From: Trichosphaerium sp. ATCC 40318
Lineage: Eukaryota; Protista; Tubulinea
Reading direction: 5' to 3'
Assembly (NCBI GenBank): GCA_038496445.1
Contig: JALMLS010000423.1
Location: 186,001 to 250,000, forward strand
DNA length: 64,000 nt
Numbering within the stretch: the stretch's first letter is position 1; each line of letters begins with the position of its first letter. Both the position numbers and the translations under genes were made by a program. Below are positions 43,699-56,072 of this stretch, piece by piece. The notes below the pieces were generated by a model that saw only the letters and a list, made by a program, of their open reading frames with translations, was not told the origin of the DNA and did not search any database.

Positions 43699-45972
43699 AT
43701 GAGTTCTGGGCAGAGCCCAGAATATCAGTTTCACTACCCTGGTGAGTTTTTACGGCGAATGTCACTTTATTAACGCAATTACAGTGCCCAGTTCACAAAC
43801 GACGCTCACTAAACGTAGTGTATGTGATAGTTGCGGAAAAAAGCTTGAGAAAATCGGTGGAACTTTAAAATGCCGGCATTGCGAAGACGTATGTACATTA
43901 TAGCGATTGGGACATTAACAAAGCCGTTTTTATATTTTACAAGTATTTTTGTTTTAATCTTGCCAAAAAGGATAACGAGCAACTTGTACACGTAAGGGAT
44001 GGTTTATATGGCGATATAGTACACGAGAACTACTCGGTTACAGATTTTTTCAAAAGCATCCCTGATCATGTCAAAGCCATGAATGGTGTATTACTAGAGT
44101 ACGTACCTATCTTAAAACCATAAAATAAAATGATCAAACCCACAGCGAAACGAGTATTCCACATTTATAAACAGTCAAAATATTGTTTCTTGAATTGTGA
44201 GAAAAAAGTATCTGCTACCTACGCACTTACATAATGTCATAGAATGGTGGAATATCTAGTCAACGATAGAGACTTTCCAATAGAGTTACACGATCTAACA
44301 GGTGCTATGTGGGTCCGTCTCCTTACAAAGATTGTACGGCTTTTTTCGTTGTATTTTGTGTACACATTTGACACTTTGGTATGTTTTTTCATTTTGACAC
44401 TTGATTCAGAGAACTAGGACAAAACGTGCAATATACATATTTGAGAAAGGGGTACTAAGTGTATCTGTACGTAAAATATCAGATCTGAAACGTCTTGTGT
44501 TGCACGATAATCTTACTGTTATTTCAAGGGCGCTTTTGGTCTACTTTGGCTTGTGTTTGTAACTTTAAGAATTCCTCTTCTCCTTACAGACATGCCATAG
44601 TACGTTATTGATTTCATCAAATGTAAAGTCTTGTAATTAGAGCTAAAGTACAGTAGCGTTGCTGGATTGATACCTACACATGTTTATGAACGTAAAATCA
44701 CTGGAAAACTTCGAGAAAGTGCAAACTGGAATCCAGATTTAAAAGATTACGTACACCTTTAGCAGTTCTTGCTTATTCCTATAATATTAATTATGCTATC
44801 TAGTGCCAAATAGGCCATTTAGAACGTATAGTAAGTGAGCTTATCCCTCAAATAGAGTGCGAGATACAATTCAATATGGTTTTATTTGTAACAACGTTAG
44901 TTTCGTTTTCCCTGCTCCACCATTTGGCGATATCATTCCACGTCTTACTGCACAACTATCACTACCAGGTCCGTCAAAATGATATTGTTGAAATAACAGT
45001 GTGCATTAATATTTGTTGGCAGATCGTGTTGCTAGAGTAGCAATAAGGCTTGCTGAGGAACTACCAATACTTCGTCAAAAGTCTTCTAATAGTGTTGGTG
45101 TTAAGAGAACTGAAGAAAAAGTAAACAGACCAAGAGTTGTTTGTCTTTCGTTTATTATAACGGCAATACAAGCTCTAAAAGGATCAGGAGGTATGACATC
45201 TTACTCGCAAACCAATACGCCATTGTTCATTGGATGCAATCAGCTAAAGAAGTTTAGAATTTGATAGTTTCCGTTGGGTTGATCAACACACGACGTTTGA
45301 GTCTTCAGTGAATAAAACTCTTATAAGTAATGTAAATAATTTGGCAACTACAGTGGTACAAGCTAGTCGTGGTAAAGAAGGGAATAAGCAAAAACAAGAT
45401 GTATACCTTAAGTTACTTGAAGGAATACAAGAGCAACAACAACGAAGTAAGGGTTTTTTGTGTTTTTTTTAAATAGTTAACTTCTTTATTCGTTTAGAGG
45501 ATTATAGCTTTCCTATGCCTTCACAGTTTACAGGGTATATTATCAACGCTCTAAGTTGTATACTTACTTGTTTTTCATAGTGACGTTGTTGATGCTATTC
45601 CAGAAACTCAGGAGAATGAGCGACATATACCTCATCAATATCCAATAGATGTAATCGATGATCAGTATGTCCACATGTTTGGTTATGTATCATTATAACA
45701 ATATATATAGTAAGGAGACGCTCCTAGTGTCTACATGTGCTAGGTTACTTAATATTCATGCGCCATTCCTAAACACTTGGGTGAGCATCGTTGAGCGAAC
45801 TTTGCTATTAAATTTAAGATCAACTTCATCAAATACAAAGAAACTTCTTAATCGACATCGTCTTCATAAGAATTGGAAGTTTGATGCTTTAAAAGCTGTA
45901 AGAACGGCACAAGAAAAGAGGAGACGTGCTAAAGTTGATTGTTTTGACTCTGACGATTCAATGTCCTTGTAA
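43699..45972 (+). CDS. Probable TAF1B/Rrn7-like RNA polymerase I initiation factor (divergent; internal exons uncertain)
   Basis: N-terminal zinc ribbon CDSC-x11-CRHC, then MNGVLLE/MVEYLVNDRDFPIELHDLTGAMW, which resembles the first cyclin-fold helices of Rrn7/TAF1B. Confidence 0.5.
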
Positions 45973-46435
45973 GACCAACCAACCGAAAAAAAACTAACTT
46001 TGTAAAAAAAAAAACTGAATAAAATGTAAGTGTAACAAGCTAGCTGTTATTACAGAGGATACATATTTTATATTTTAACAGTGATGCCAGTATCTTTAGG
46101 AAGTTGAAGAAGTTTGGAAACTATCACGTTTTTCTTACATTTTTGAGTTGAAAAAAAAGAAATTTCTGTTTTTTCATATTGCAACCGTTCCTCGTCTCTT
46201 GGTTTGATACTTGTATGGTTTCCTTTGTTGTACTAATAGTAATATATTAGCATTCCATGAATAGACTTACCCATATTTATACTTGAGACTACCTTCAATG
46301 AATCTCAAAAAAGTAGGTTTCCGCTGACAAGAAATCTCGAAAAAAAAGTAAAAGTGTTATTTAATTTTCTTTATATTAGAAGCCACAATAGCCTATTTCT
46401 TACTCTAGTTTTCTCTTTCCGTCTAAGTAAATATA

Positions 46436-48110
46436 ATGGAGACGGCAGGAGTAATCTATCGCCACGTAGCTGAGATGTGGTTAGGAGGAAAGAATGCAAA
46501 CATCTATTTACAGTTCGGAGTACGTTTTACGCAGGATTACGTATTGTCATGGCTTTTTAACACGTTTACAGCTGCTATTTATGACTTTAAGTATAAATAT
46601 CTGTTTTTTGATGGGCAGTATATCTCTAGGCAAGCAACGACGCTTATAGACTATATTTACGAGTTGTAAAACTAATTATTAACGGCAGGTGCCGTGATAG
46701 CTGTATTGGTCATTCTTGCACTAGTTATATTCACCACAACGATGCTGGGGTATGTTTGGTAGTAAACCATACACTGTCAACTCAACATTAATCACATGCG
46801 ACATTAAATTTTTGGTTCAGGTGGTATTTCAGTGGCGGATGGGTTGGCGCTGGCTTTATTGTTGGCGCTCTAATACTTAGCTTGGGCGTCGGTTTCTCTT
46901 CTCATTTCTACTACTCCATACAAAACCGTAACTCCCCTGTTAACCTTAACGCAACAGTGGCATCAGTAAGTTGATACATTCTCATTTTTTTCAAAAAAAA
47001 GCCTCCAAAATACTTCGGCAACTAACTCTATTGCTAAACAAAGGCATCTGGTAGATATTATAATGTTATGTACTTCACAGACTCGCCAATTGTTGATGTA
47101 GCTAAGATGGGTCAGAAAGTAGTATGTAACTAGAAAACTATCCAAACACGTGATTTGTTAACAAAAAGGTGTTTGTTTAGTTTGTTACTCCAACAAGCGC
47201 TCAAAATGATTACTACTGTGTTGCACCTATAACAACTAAAGATTCACATATCAATTCTACCTCTAAAGCGCAACTATGGGCTTATTGCTATGCAGGTAGG
47301 ATTCCACGTGATTCCAAGTTGACCACAACACTAAAAATGATTAAAAGGTAACATGAGGTGCAAAGACGCTTTGCAAGCTAACAAGAACTGTTTCAAGAAG
47401 TGGCATCAGGACATTAACTCTGGTACACCTTGTTAATACAAAAACCAATCTCTAATGACTTGAACCCGCTCTAGGTGTTCGTATAGAAGGATCATCTATT
47501 CACTATGCTAAGGATGCTATAAAAGATGCCGAGAAGAAGTATGGTTTTGAAGGTATATCATCAGCACCAATAATATATTGGGACGAACCTTCGAGTGTTT
47601 TTGAATCGTGGAACAGAAGTTTTATTCTCAGTTTAGCAATTTCTAATGGCATTTGGTACACCACTTATAATTATCCATCACCAACTTTTTGGGCTTTATT
47701 TCTTGTATTAATTGACTTGAACAATCTTCTTTGCCATTTTACAACTCTTCACAATGTGACTAGAAATAGATATTTTGTTTTTATAAGGCTTTATTAACGC
47801 AAGGTTGTTTCTTCTTTGGTGGGAAAACCAAGTCGGATTTGAATGAATTGAACTGTTGATTTTACTTTCCTTACTTTTGCCTGTAACTTACTGTATTAGG
47901 CTTATTATTTCTTTAATTTTTGTTCCACATTGGATCAGTCTCAGGATTAAACTTCACAAGCAATACCAAAGTATGTAATATCTACTATGAATAAATTAAC
48001 AGTTCTTTTGTACAATGGTTTTATCTCTAGTAGTGCCAATACGTTGCATGTTACACGCTAACGGCACTTCTTGATTTGCTATGCGAGTTTCAGATATCAG
48101 TACAAGGTGA
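46436..48110 (+). CDS. Multi-pass membrane protein with a YCVAPI luminal domain, function unknown
   Basis: N-terminal TM helices, then YYCVAPI..LWAYC, AIKDAEKKYG and APIIYW, and a C-terminal TM segment. Includes a GC-AG intron at 46630-46688. Confidence 0.7.
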
Positions 48111-48176
48111 ATAATAGTGGCTTAATTAACCCGAGTGAAGTCTACTCCCAGACTTTATACCTTAAAGGCCGAATAA

Positions 48177-48631
48177 TGGCTAAAATTTATGGCATACAGA
48201 TTGCAAAGAATTTCGGTTGTACCAAAGTTGGTGAGTATGGTATCTGTGTACGTAAAACTGCGTGGAATAAGGACTCAATAAGCCCAGATAATTTGTGTGG
48301 TCTCACGTGCCAAGTATACTAACTAGGTTGTTCACTATTACCTGGTAGAACTTCAAAAAGAGAACAAGTGTCATTTATTGGTATTTACCAACAAAATAAA
48401 GAAGCTATAGTTGTTCCAAATGTTAAACAACCAAGATCATGGGCTATTTTAGGTCTAACCGTTGCTCCCAGAGTCCAGTTGCACAGTGAACCATATAGTA
48501 ACTTAAGTACCATGTTAAGCGAAGAAAGGTTGGCAGAAATTCTCAAATTATTTGAACTAATTTACCTATTCGAGGAAGTATGTCTGATAGTCCTCCATCA
48601 AAGCGTACTCCCGATGAGTCCGTTGACTTGA
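48177..48631 (+). CDS. Possible small two-exon hypothetical ORF overlapping the start of the next gene
   Basis: MAKIYG..TKV/GCSLLPGR..LIYLFEE joins in frame over a GT-AG intron; no motif recognised. Confidence 0.25.
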
Positions 48632-51600
48632 CTCTTTCGCTGCCATACGAAGTACTATTAGAGATATTCGACCAACTACCAATAAATACCGTAAAATCAA
48701 CATGCAGTCTTGTAAATGTGCGTACATTAATATTCAACGCCTCAAACGCGTTCAAAACCAAAAACGATCGGTAAGCGTCTTATCCAACTCTAGCTTATGT
48801 GGAATGATGTTTCAAGGGCTGATATGTTTTCACTGACACTTCTTGGTACCGTTGGCGCGGTTTTACGTGTTTTTGACAAATTGTTTAGCAACGCACGAAT
48901 TTCCACCACAAACCTTAGACCCACCGTATTGGCGGAGTTCCAACAAAAAGCATGTACCAGCGACAATGTCAGCAAACAAAAAATTGCACAGTTGTGCTGT
49001 TTCACGCTTAGCAGACTATAATACATGGCATACAACCTTACAAGTACATAACAAACGACCTAAAGTGATAAAAACGTTAACAACTTGTTCAGTTATTGAA
49101 CGAAGATGAAGAAATGTTTTGGGTTGGGAATACTACTCTTCCTATGTGTTACTTCTCTCACCATCTTGTTACCTTGTCTACACAACAGTTGACTGGTAAC
49201 GATAGTTTGTGGGTATTAAAGTGGACTCCAGAACCTAGTGAGATGGTGTATGGACAACCTGCACGGCTGGATATAATGATGAACACAGCTAGGTATTTTA
49301 TGAAGAAAATCAGTCGTGATGTTTTTTTTTTTTGGTTCCTTCAGCTTTAACTATTGTACAAGGTTACGAAGATTAGCAGTATCTGGTGCTCAAATACCTA
49401 ATATTAAACTATTCTATACAGTTATGCAAAGGCATATTGTTGAGTTATTAGAGAAAAAACGTGCTGCAAAGTTAAAACAGTTTAGTGATTCTTTTATTCC
49501 AACGGTACGAAAAAAAAACTTCGTGGACTTGTCAATCTCTCTGATGCTCTTCTATTTAGAAAATAATATCTAGAATACAACAACCATCATTATTGAAAAC
49601 AAAATTGTACAAGTACCAATTAGATTCTGTAACGTGGATGAAGTCAATCGAAAAAGATGTTAAAAATAGAAGCGGTTCGTTGAATAATTTTTTTTAGTCG
49701 GTTGTTTTCTGGATATTGTATCCGTCAGATTATATATCAATGATTTAATTTCATGCACTAGTATTTCAGTATAGTTGTCTTGCAGTATTACCTAAATTTC
49801 GTGGTGTAATGTTTAATATAAGCCCTCAGCGTATAACGACTGAAGAAAGGGCAAAAGGCAACCCTGAATACGCCAGTGAATTGACTTTTAGAGGAGGTGT
49901 ATTGGCAGATGAGATGGGTTTAGGTACATCATTTCAATACATACATTCTTAGGTGTTGACTTTTTTTACCAAATAGGCAAGACATTGGAAGTCATTGGAC
50001 TCATGGTCGATAAACAAGCACCCAAGGAATTTTATGGAACTAAAGAAAAACCAGAAATTATAAAAACTGAAGACTCTACGAGATTGAGCATAAAAGCAAC
50101 ATTGAGTACGTAGTAGAATATGAATTAAAAGGCTACTGTCCAACATGGAGAAGTGTACTTGTCGCCTATGCAATAACATTTTCCCTTTGTTATTGACAAA
50201 AACTAAAGCTGTTTAGTTGTTTGTCCGAGTCATCTGTGTAAGCAGTGGCTTGATGAAATTAATAAACATACTGATGGTAACTTGAATATTCTTAAAGTAC
50301 CAACTGTATCACAATGGCGTAAACTTACATTAGGTGATTTTTACGATGCAGGTAAGACTTCTATTTTCCATGTTTTTGTCTGTTAATCATTTTCTACAGA
50401 CGTTGTTATTATTTCCTACAGTTTTCTTAAAAGTGGAGTATACTCAAGACATATATATAACAATGCCAATAATATGGCCATAACGGATGAAGTCATGGTA
50501 GGTAGATTTGGACTAGCTACAGAGCAACTCAAGGTACAAAAAAATTAGCGCACTACAAGCCTGTATATCACTCTGAATTGAGTGATCTCCTATTTGAGTT
50601 GAGCCATGAATGCTCAGTTACAGTGATTGCTCTTACTCATCTGCTTTCAAGGCGTACTTGGAATCAGACATAAGTTTGTGGAAACAAAAAAAAGTACCCC
50701 TAGAGTGCTTTAATTGGCATCGAGTAGTAACTGATGAGGTACCAACCCACTCTTTTTTTTAATGACAAACAAATATATTGTTATCCATAACTTATTATAA
50801 CTTAGGGTCATGATAAACTTGATAAAGACTACTTTTATGGTACACTTTGCTGTTTTTGAAATGACTTGGTTTAACTTTTTTCTTTAGTCTTTTTTCGTGA
50901 TATAGCAGCCCAATACTGTTGGTATGTATCTGGTATGTTAAATATATATTTATAACACACGTGAGTGTATACGTTAATTTGTTAAATCTTTAGGTACTCC
51001 GTTTCCAAGCTGGGAAACTATTGATGGTGTAATGACTTTTTTGAAATTTACATCAAATAAGGGTAAAGTACATCTACCGTTCAAAGAGTATTTCTCACTA
51101 CCATGGTACTTGAATATATTAGCTTTTTAAATAACTATAGTATTGATTGTAAGACTAACACGTGGTTTTTAAAGGGTACTTCCAAAAAAAACAGTGAAAT
51201 ATACGAGAAGACTTGAAAGTTGGGGTCTCGCCCAAACTTTTGCTGATCAACACCAGTAAGCATTTGCTGACAGTAATACCTAACCAATCATATTGAAAAT
51301 TGTTGTTGTATATTACTTGCCTTTATGTTTGTTGAAACTTTAGTGGCGTATCATGCTTTCTTATTTTTTTCTTACTTCTAAGGCGTGTTTAATTACTAAA
51401 CAGGTGGGTTGCTTCAGATGTTCTATTTAATAATTTGTATTGGAGACATACTAAAGAAAGTGTTGTGGATGAATTTGACATACCAGACTATGTTACAGGT
51501 ACATTTATGCTTCACTATTCAAAGCAGTTCATTTGCGTTTCATTTGGATTACTTGAATATTCAACCAAACGCTTTTGTTTGTTGTAACACATTGACTTTT

Positions 51601-53864
51601 TTTGATAGATAAACAGCTTTTGACTTTTCACAATATTGAACAAACAGTGTATCAATGTCATGAGCTTGACAAAAATCAAGGTAGTTTTGATTTCACAAAC
51701 CTAAAAAAAAAAGCAACAAATCATTTTCATCAACATTACTTATATATGTTTCTTTGCAGAGCAAATGGGAATGATATGCTCTATTTTACATAATGAAAAC
51801 AGTGATAATGGTATAGAGGGATTAAGAGAGTACATGTTGAGTGAAACAGAGGTACTTACAGTGCCCATGCGCATTAGCGATAAAAGAAAAAAACCCGATA
51901 AACAATATTTAGAACACGCTTTCTTCAGCACCTGGCGCCTTGAAAACTCTAGCCTCTCAAATAGAATCAACAAAAAAAAATATCAAAGAGTGTCCGAAAC
52001 GTCTTGAAAAAGCTATAAGCAATAAAGCGAAGCTAGACGTACATACTCATACGAGATTTAGATGAAACAGCTAACTAATGTTCTTTTTATACAGGCTAAA
52101 TACAATGAACTACGTTCGACTTCTCGGTTTACAGAAATGTCAAAGATTCACCATAAGAGATATACTCTTCATAATAAGATAGTTGAGATCAAAGCCCAAA
52201 TACAGAGGTTACCAGATTGGTTGATTACCCTCAAAGAACGTGTTGAAAGAAAAAAGATTGAACTTGCAAATGCCAAGAAAAAGATAGAACCACTAAAATC
52301 ATTGGTACCTCCACCCTTCATTACCTACCTAGTTTGAAGTATTCTTATTAATGAATTTGTTAGGCAAGCGTAGATATGTCATTCTTAACAAAGAAGAGGC
52401 TACCTAAAGGTAAAAAAAGTATTAGAGGATCAGGAACTGGGTTCAAGGCTTGGAATGTCAAACAGTAAGTTTTTGTTGTTGTTGGCTTAACTTCTTGTGG
52501 ATTGACTCTGATATTGTGTTAGGATAAAAGAACAGCTTGGTCATAGGAATGCCAGTACTGACGGGAACAAAGAAGAGCTTGGTAAGAGACTAAAAGCTAT
52601 TGTTGAACAAGAACAAAAAGACATTAAGGTACGTTCAAATCGGTGTTTTTTTGTTTACTAACAATACTAGCGTGGTTCATCTCCGTGTATGTACAAAACC
52701 TTGACACCAGAAGAAACCATACTACTTTATGGTACAAAAATGGGAAGCGTTATTGATTTTCTTCTATCTATGTGGAAGGAGAAACCTAACGAGCAAGTCA
52801 TATTATTCAGTCAGGTAATTGTTTTTATTTTCTTGTTGTTTGAAAACACCTTCCTTTAACCTATTTTTGAACTAGTTCCAAGAAGTACTTAATCAAGTGA
52901 ACAATTTGTTATCTGAGAATAGTATTATTACTACCTCGGTGTCAGGGTACGCAATATGTCTTATTTATTTGTTTGTTATTGTAACTCATCAACTCTTGTA
53001 GAAATGTGTATCAAAGAGAAAAGGCAATTACTGCATTTACAGAAGGAACTGCTAAAGTCATTCTTTTGGGGTACTGTTTAACCTTTGTTTCAGCATTATT
53101 TTTTGTGCATGAAACTCCTGACATCATTTATTTAAAGGTTACAAAACGCTGCTTCCGGAACTAATCTAATGAATGCAAAATACATTATTTTACTTGGTAA
53201 GTTTTTTTCAACGTTGTCAAACAGTGTTACACCCTGTGGCGAAAGTGTTGTAACCGGTGTTGTTTTAGATCCACCTAAAGGAACTAAAGAAGAGATTAAA
53301 GCAATAGAAGAACAAGCAATTGGTAGAGCTTACAGGTAAAGACAGCAGTTTTAAGTATTTTATGTGAAGAACTTTTATTTGGTTTGGTTTCTCGTTCTTA
53401 CTTATTGTTTCAGGATGGGACAAAAACATAAAGTCACTATAGTAAGGTTTATTATAAGGGGTACATTTGAAGAAAAACTTGTACAAGAAAACTTAGAAAG
53501 TACGTGAAAAACCATGAAAACTGGATTTTTTGATAGCAACAAAATACAGCCTTTCAAAAAAACATCTTTTCTTTTCTATCAAATCCATTTTTGTGTATGG
53601 CTTCTTAGACCTTCAAACCATTACTGCTGTATTCAAAACTGTTTTAAATTAATAATAATAGGTGATGACGAAATGGATTGTGATAGTGTCAGCGGAGAGA
53701 ACGAAGAGAGTATTAACTCTACCAAACAAAATTCAAAGAAAAAGAGGAAGAAAAGAAAGATAAAATTAACACGTACTAGTAGCCTTGGTACACTTGTTGT
53801 CAATTCTCCGAAGAAAAAGAAACAAAGAAAATCAAACAAATTGGAAGGAGGTAGTACCAATTAA
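48580..53864 (+). CDS. F-box + SNF2-family (Rad5/SHPRH-like) helicase with an inserted SAP motif
   Basis: F-box LSLPYEVLLEIFDQL. SNF2 motifs LYKYQ, GGVLADEMGLG/KT, LVVCP..LCKQW, WHRVVTDE/GH, SG/TP, VIIFSQ, AASGTNL, EEQAIGRAYR/MGQ. SAP-like WNVKQ/IKEQLGHRNASTDGNKEELGKRL. The basic final exon is 53662-53864. Confidence 0.85.
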
Positions 53865-54059
53865 AAAGACAAGCTATTAGGTATGATGTAATTGTATCAC
53901 CCAAGAAAGAATAAATGAGAAAACCTTTTTTCAAATGGCTACCATTGATTTATTTCATACTCTGCAATCTTACCACATCTCTTGCATTTAAATACGCCAC
54001 TATCCAATATTAGAATAGTCTAATGAAACAAGTTATGTGAACAAATAGTACCTCGCTAT

Positions 54060-54190
54060 GCCACCAGCACTTGCTGGAGTTCACACCATTGATCTTGATT
54101 GTAGTAAAGGCGGCATCAATTCGCTTTCTATGCACATGCAATAGATCTTTCAAAATACACAGTTACTGATGAGGCTATTACACAATGGCT
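54060..54190 (+). pseudogene. LRR gene remnant
   Basis: ALAGVHTIDLDC and a frameshifted HAIDLSKYTVTDEAI. Confidence 0.55.
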
Positions 54191-54443
54191 AAGTCGCGTT
54201 CCTATGTAATAGAAATATGTGAAACTGGCATTGAAAGCTACAATATTGTGAACAAAATAATAAATAAAAGTTATGAACAGTTAAATAGCCCTGAAATATG
54301 CCACCCTTACTACATGTACATGGTGCTGTTTCCATGTCTAAAGAGTATAAGCATGTAATATTACGTTACTCAAGTTTCGTCAGTGATTCATGCACAGCGG
54401 AATTTTTAACCTTAACTTTATTATCCACACTACAAACACTTGT

Positions 54444-55781
54444 TCACCAATCATACCATAGTTTACTACTAGAAACCCTCTGTATCATCTTTTGATGTGC
54501 ACGCCTAAAATCACGTGGATGCCGATTTGAGAAATCCTTTCTTAAAGAATCAAAAATACTTGAAATTTCTGCTGATCTGCTTAGAATAAGGCATTTTTTA
54601 TCATTAAGTACTTTCATGAAATGAGCCATGTTTAAATGATACATATCATCTGATAAATCAAAGAAGAATAGTGTTAGGTATTCTCTTGTATTATACTGAG
54701 AAGCAGTGACTAGTAAACCCATAGAAAATTTACAACGTATACCTTTGAGATGACGACAAGAAGATAAAAGAGTATGCCATCCTGCATCATGTGAAGAGTT
54801 GTACGCATAGAATTGTATGTAATTCAATTTAGGACATGATCTTGATATCAGAGATAGTTCAGTACTTGATAGTGATGATGAGCCAATACTTAAAGTATTC
54901 AAAGAATGACATATCCTATTCTTGAATAAAACATTCAACACACTTTGTGTACCTTTCATTATATTCAAGCTGTTAAGTTCAAGTGTCTTTAAGTACTTTA
55001 AAGTTGATACTAATCTAAAAACAGATTGATCTATTGCAGATGCCATGAGATTGCTGAATACAAGTGTATTCAATTTATCACAGTTTGATATACAGTTGTT
55101 TATACCTTTCTGTCTCGGTGAGATCCGTGGCTTAACTAAAACCAACGATTTTAAGCCAGGTAAAATATTTCCAATAGCTTCAATGTCTTCGTTTTTAAGA
55201 CCAACAGTGCGAATCGATGTTAATCTAGTACAAGCGTTGATAATGTCACGAAATACAGGTGTACTGTGGCCAAGTTTCAGGACCTCCAATCGCGTTAGAA
55301 GCGTTAACAATGAATATCCTTTGTCTCCAAGATTTCTGGCACTACCAACACTGAAGCATCGTAGAGAAGGGATATGCTCTGTTATCAAGGCAGTAAAGTC
55401 TTTACTAATCTCTGTTGAAACCCTTGGAAGTCCTAGAGCCACTAAAGACTTAACAGAAGGACTTGAGTTCTTCTCGCTTTTGATTTCAATTAATTTTTGA
55501 ATATCGCCATTGGCAATGTTTTTACTGGCATACAAGTTCACAGAGCGAACGTGTTTAATGTAAGTTGTGTCTACTAATAGTTCAAGAGAGAGATTATCAC
55601 TATTAGTGGAGTATTCAACGTATTGGTAGTGGATTGAACTTAAAAGCAGAGTATTAAACGTCCTGCATACAAGTTTGAGAATAGGTAAAGCGTCTGTCTC
55701 TAGAAAGCCAATAATAAGATCAAATACATTGCATATAAATAAAGCTTTGCTTTCAACGACTCTTTGTTTACTGTCAGTCAT
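54444..55781 (-). CDS. F-box-like/LRR protein, intronless
   Basis: VFDLIIGFL..LKLVCRTFN (F-box-like) followed by LxxLxL repeats; 445-aa ORF. Confidence 0.8.
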   Translation of the reverse strand: MTDSKQRVVESKALFICNVFDLIIGFLETDALPILKLVCRTFNTLLLSSIHYQYVEYSTNSDNLSLELLVDTTYIKHVRSVNLYASKNIANGDIQKLIEIKSEKNSSPSVKSLVALGLPRVSTEISKDFTALITEHIPSLRCFSVGSARNLGDKGYSLLTLLTRLEVLKLGHSTPVFRDIINACTRLTSIRTVGLKNEDIEAIGNILPGLKSLVLVKPRISPRQKGINNCISNCDKLNTLVFSNLMASAIDQSVFRLVSTLKYLKTLELNSLNIMKGTQSVLNVLFKNRICHSLNTLSIGSSSLSSTELSLISRSCPKLNYIQFYAYNSSHDAGWHTLLSSCRHLKGIRCKFSMGLLVTASQYNTREYLTLFFFDLSDDMYHLNMAHFMKVLNDKKCLILSRSAEISSIFDSLRKDFSNRHPRDFRRAHQKMIQRVSSSKLWYDW

Positions 55782-56072
55782 TTAACGCCACGTGGAAAAT
55801 AAATAAACGGCCGTGTTAAAGTCAACCAAAATCACCTAAAATCGGATTTTTATTTTTTGACCACACGTGATTGTTTGTACAAATACTGTTCGGTGAAAGC
55901 TCCACCCTAATAAACACACAGGAACATCAAAGAGGCATCACATCAACAAGGATTTTGTGCACTTGATTCTAAATAACAACAGCAAACCGGTATGGTAGTG
56001 ATCTTTTTTTATTTAATTTTTTTGTTTACCTTTTCATATTTTTTTTTCTGTTTTTTGTTTACCAATGTCTAT

